A DNA stretch of 64,000 bases from Azolla caroliniana (lineage: Eukaryota; Plantae; Polypodiophyta). The stretch's first letter is position 1. Every line of letters begins with the position of its first letter. The stretch covers positions 13,516,001-13,580,000 of the forward strand of contig JBHGNT010000009.1 of the NCBI GenBank assembly GCA_043228905.1, written 5' to 3'. The position numbers and the translations under genes are program-made. Of the stretch, positions 60,789 through 64,000 are shown piece after piece. The notes below the pieces were generated by a model. That model was not told the origin of the DNA, searched no databases, and was given only the letters and a program-made list of their open reading frames with translations.

Positions 60789-61749
60789 TGTAAAAGATAT
60801 TGTACGGAAGCTAAGACAAAACCGGCTAGTCTAGATAATGACAGAACACAAAACAGAGGTTTAATGGAAAACTTAAATACACGGGAGAGACAGAGAGATA
60901 GAGAGCAGAACAACATAAACTCAATTCAAAATAACACTTTGTCCATACAAATGTCCTACAAAACCCTTTTTATAGAAGTCCTTAATAGGACTACAGAAGT
61001 ACTGACATGTACTTCAATGCTCATACGAGCAACTAACACTAACTCCAAGCAATATGCCTTCATACTAGGCTCAGACCATAGGCCTCCAACGGCCTACTGG
61101 TTCTCACTATTCCGGAGTACGATCCGTTTCTCTGGCCTGGCTCTAGATTCCAGATACCGATCTATCCGGACACCGATCCGGTTCTTCGTTTCGGACTCCA
61201 ATCCGGCTCTAGCTTATTCAACCGATCCGATCCAGTTGAGCTTGCCTGCTCAAGCTAAATTTCAAGTCGGATCACTATGTGTGTCCGTTGGTCCTTTCCT
61301 CTGGCTCCGCCAGGCGTCTTAAGAAAAGAGAAGCACTCCTTGTGGTTCGTCATGTGGTTTGAAGCTCCGGAGTCCACATACCAAACTTCTTCAGAGTTTT
61401 AGTCAGTTTTAGCCATGTTGTTGGCCAAGTATGCTTCACTACGAGGGCCGACCTCAACTTGGTTCTCTCCAAGATTCCGGCGTTGTGTGATCGGTGACTC
61501 CTGTCTGTATCTTTCCAGCTTTGTCCGAATCCGCTCTTCTCTTCTAGCACTCGCTTTCTTTGTAGCCCTTCGGCCATAGTCCCAGTATTCCATGTCGGCT
61601 TTTCCTTCCCGGTTTCCGGTGCTGCTTTGACTCCCCCGGTTTCCGAAGGGTTCAAAATTCTTGTCGGCACCATCTTTGTGCCTTTGATTCTGTTCTTGTC
61701 TGCCGCCTGTATTGCGTGCCGATCTGCCTTGACCACCACCACTACGGAA
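60789..61749 (-). mobile_element. Element I: C-family Copia remnant (3' LTR 60789-~61253, PPT deleted, gag/PR fragment)
   Basis: LTR homologous to 52625-53072. 61330-61745 encodes GRSARNTGGRQEQNQR... and a PR-like VWYVDSGASNH. Confidence 0.75.
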
Positions 61750-62104
61750 TGTCAAGATTCGAACTCTTGACACGACCATGTTATAATCTAGTATTATGAG
61801 TTAACTAAGATATCTAGTACTAGTTATGTATGTAATTGGTCCTTATTATTTTGCTAGCATCATGTGCATAGTTGCTCCCTTGTAGTATTTACACTTGGCA
61901 CATGCATGCATACCTACATGCTCTATTGTAGATTCACATGCGTGCAACAAGTATGCATGCCATGTAGTATAAATAGAGGAGTTCACCTTGAAGGAATTCA
62001 AGGTGAACAACACCAGTTATGGAGTCTTTCCTTTAATACTATCTTCTTTCTTGTCCATTTGGTTATCTTCTTGCTTGTCTCTTGAGTTTATGATCCGTGA
62101 CAGT

Positions 62105-62115
62105 TTGTTCACCTT
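62105..62115 (+). promoter_or_regulatory. Self-priming PBS of J, complementary to the predicted transcript 5' end
   Basis: TTGTTCACCTT is the exact reverse complement of AAGGTGAACAA (62000-62010), which begins 32 nt after the start of the TATA box. Confidence 0.85.
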
Positions 62116-62152
62116 CCCATCCTCATAGCTCTCCCTCTCATAAGCCATAGCT

Positions 62153-63160
62153 ATGTCCGACTCAACTACTGAGTTAGGCCAAATAATGGTAGCCTTACGA
62201 CAACTACAGCTTGAAAATGAAGCTCTTCGAAATTCTTTACAAGAACTTCAAGTCGGTACCTCCCTATCCTCACAACCCCCGAACCCTAGTCTCCCACAGC
62301 AACCTAGCCTAGAGCCCGATATTCTACCAACATCTAGCCTAGCTTCGTCACAGTTTCTTGAGCCTAAGGTTAGCCTCCTAGAAAAATTTGATGGAACGAG
62401 GTCGCGTTTCCGAGGGTTCATCAACCAAGTTCGACTTATCATTCAGCTACAACCTCAACGTTATGGAGATGGTCTTCGACAAGTCGGCCTTGTGGGCACC
62501 CTTCTCTCCGGTCCGGCCCAAGCTTGGTTTGCACCATTGGTAGAAACCTCATCACCTTTATTGGAGGACTTTCCCGCCTTCCTCGCCGAGTTAGAGGCCA
62601 CATTTGGCGAGACGGACCAACGATGTACAACTCTTAACAAGATTTATGCACTCGAACAAGGTTCACGTGCAACTTCGGTCTATGCTTCCGAATTTCGACA
62701 ACTAGCATGTTGGGATGATCAAGCTTTAGCTGATCACTTTCGGCATGGTCTTCGAAGCAATGTCAAGAATCTTCTCTTAAACTTTCCGGAGCCCACCTCG
62801 TTATCCCAAGCGATTTCACAAGCAGTTCATTGTGATAATCGTCTTTTCGAATTTCGCCAAGAAGAGCGCCGGACTTGGGTTCCACCTCATTCACTTCCAC
62901 GCCACGCCCCGGTCATACAACCCCAAGCATCCTCACACCCGCCTACTTCGGCAGATGCTCCTGTCCCCATGGAAATTGATCAAGCCCGATTTCGGCCATT
63001 GACTGATGCTGAACGACAATTTCGGCGGGCTAATGGCTTGTGCATGTATTGTGGCGCCTCCGGTCATGTCGTTCGCCATTGTCCTAGGAGTACTCGCCCA
63101 CAATTCCATCGAGCTAACGGACCCCAACATCCGGAAAACGACATCATTCGGTTGCAGTAG
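62153..63160 (+). CDS. Gag of element J (sushi/PEG10-like capsid plus CCHC knuckle)
   Basis: 335-aa ORF with EKFDGTRSRFRGF, PVPMEID and CMYCGASGHVVRHC. Confidence 0.9.
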   Translation: MSDSTTELGQIMVALRQLQLENEALRNSLQELQVGTSLSSQPPNPSLPQQPSLEPDILPTSSLASSQFLEPKVSLLEKFDGTRSRFRGFINQVRLIIQLQPQRYGDGLRQVGLVGTLLSGPAQAWFAPLVETSSPLLEDFPAFLAELEATFGETDQRCTTLNKIYALEQGSRATSVYASEFRQLACWDDQALADHFRHGLRSNVKNLLLNFPEPTSLSQAISQAVHCDNRLFEFRQEERRTWVPPHSLPRHAPVIQPQASSHPPTSADAPVPMEIDQARFRPLTDAERQFRRANGLCMYCGASGHVVRHCPRSTRPQFHRANGPQHPENDIIRLQ

Positions 63161-64000
63161 GAGCCATGCAACTGGACATCTCCCGTCACCCACATTCTCT
63201 TGGTTCCATTGCCGGACCATCAGGCAATTTCACATTGGAGGTATGGCTTTCGTTTAACTCTAGTTCCATTCAGTTTGTTGCTTTACTTGATTCTGGGGCA
63301 TCTTCTTGCTTCATCGACATCGCGTTTTCCCAAGCACATGGCGTACCTGTCGTTGGCCTCTCAAAACCCATTCCAATTGAAGCCATTGACGGGTGCGTCC
63401 TCTCGTCAGGTGCAATTACTCACGCTACAATCCCATTAGGGCTTCGGGTGGGCTCACACCAAGAGGAGCTCACCTTTTACCTCATCGCATCTCCTCGACA
63501 TCCGATCGTCTTAGGACTAACGTGGTTGGAGGCGCACAATCCAATAGTGGATTGGTGCAACCGCTCGATCACATTTAGCAAGCCAAGATGCTCGTGCAAA
63601 AGTATGAAGGTAAATTCAGTTTCCTATCCTTCGGAGACGGTCGACTCCGAATTGACTACCCCATCATCGGTCCAGGATGGGTTTGTTTGTGGCGCCATTT
63701 CTAACACACTCCATGTTATTCCCGAAAAATACCAACACTTCTCCGACGTATTTCAAAAAATGTAATGCTGATCGTTTGCCTGAACACCGGCTCTACGACT
63801 GTCCGATTGATCTTCAAGAAGGTGTGTGTCCACCCTTTGGTCCTCTATATGCGTTGTCTGCACCAGAGTTGAAGGCCCTTCGTGTGTATCTCGATTAGAA
63901 CCTCGAGAAAGGCTTTATTCAACCTTCTAAGTCACCAGCCCGGGCCCCCATTTTATTTGTGAAGAAGAAGGATGGCTCTCTATGCTTATGCGTCGACTAC
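63139..64000 (+). pseudogene. pol of element J in the -1 frame (PR and RT start), disrupted at ~63760 and ~63896
   Basis: ORF 63166..63765 (ALLDSGASSCFID, IVLGLTWLEAHNPIVDW), continuing in 63677..63898. Confidence 0.85.

Larger units (their letters stand above)
61750..64000 (+). mobile_element. Element J: 5' part of a Tcn1/Tf1-like chromoviral Gypsy element; truncated by the window edge
   Basis: 5' LTR 61750-62102 (TGTCAAG...CGTGACA), TATAAATA at 61968, self-complementary PBS, gag, PR (LLDSGAS), RT start ([18 protein letters not shown]). Confidence 0.9.

Overview
This 64-kb window has no recognisable host genes. It is a continuous nest of LTR retrotransposons from a plant genome, most likely a non-seed plant such as a moss (inferred from tRNA-Trp-primed Phygy-like and self-primed Tcn1-like lineages). 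I resolved about 13 elements plus 3 solo LTRs using TG...CA termini, target-site duplications (TSDs), primer-binding sites (PBS), polypurine tracts (PPT) and gag/PR/RT/RH/IN motifs. They are two decayed Phygy-like Gypsy elements (A, P2), one young Athila/Tat-like Gypsy element with a large extra ORF (B, 6185-15923), five copies of one Copia family (C family), four Tork/Tnt1-like Copia elements (D, E, F, H) and the 5' part of a Tcn1-like chromovirus (J). The top finding is in element B. It has no PPT next to its 3' LTR. In that position, 2 nt from the LTR, is a second tRNA-Arg-type PBS on the opposite strand. Its complementarity resumes into the tRNA T-loop after a 13-nt hairpin insert, which suggests both DNA strands are tRNA-primed. 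Other notable points are a PMD-like/coiled-coil extra ORF in B, a Gypsy RT-RH patch grafted into a Copia, a capsid swap among Tork-like elements, a conserved post-RNase H extension in the C family, and a Tf1-type self-priming site guarded by a GNRA hairpin in J. Coordinates were read by eye. tRNA sequences and lineage names are from memory and need database confirmation.
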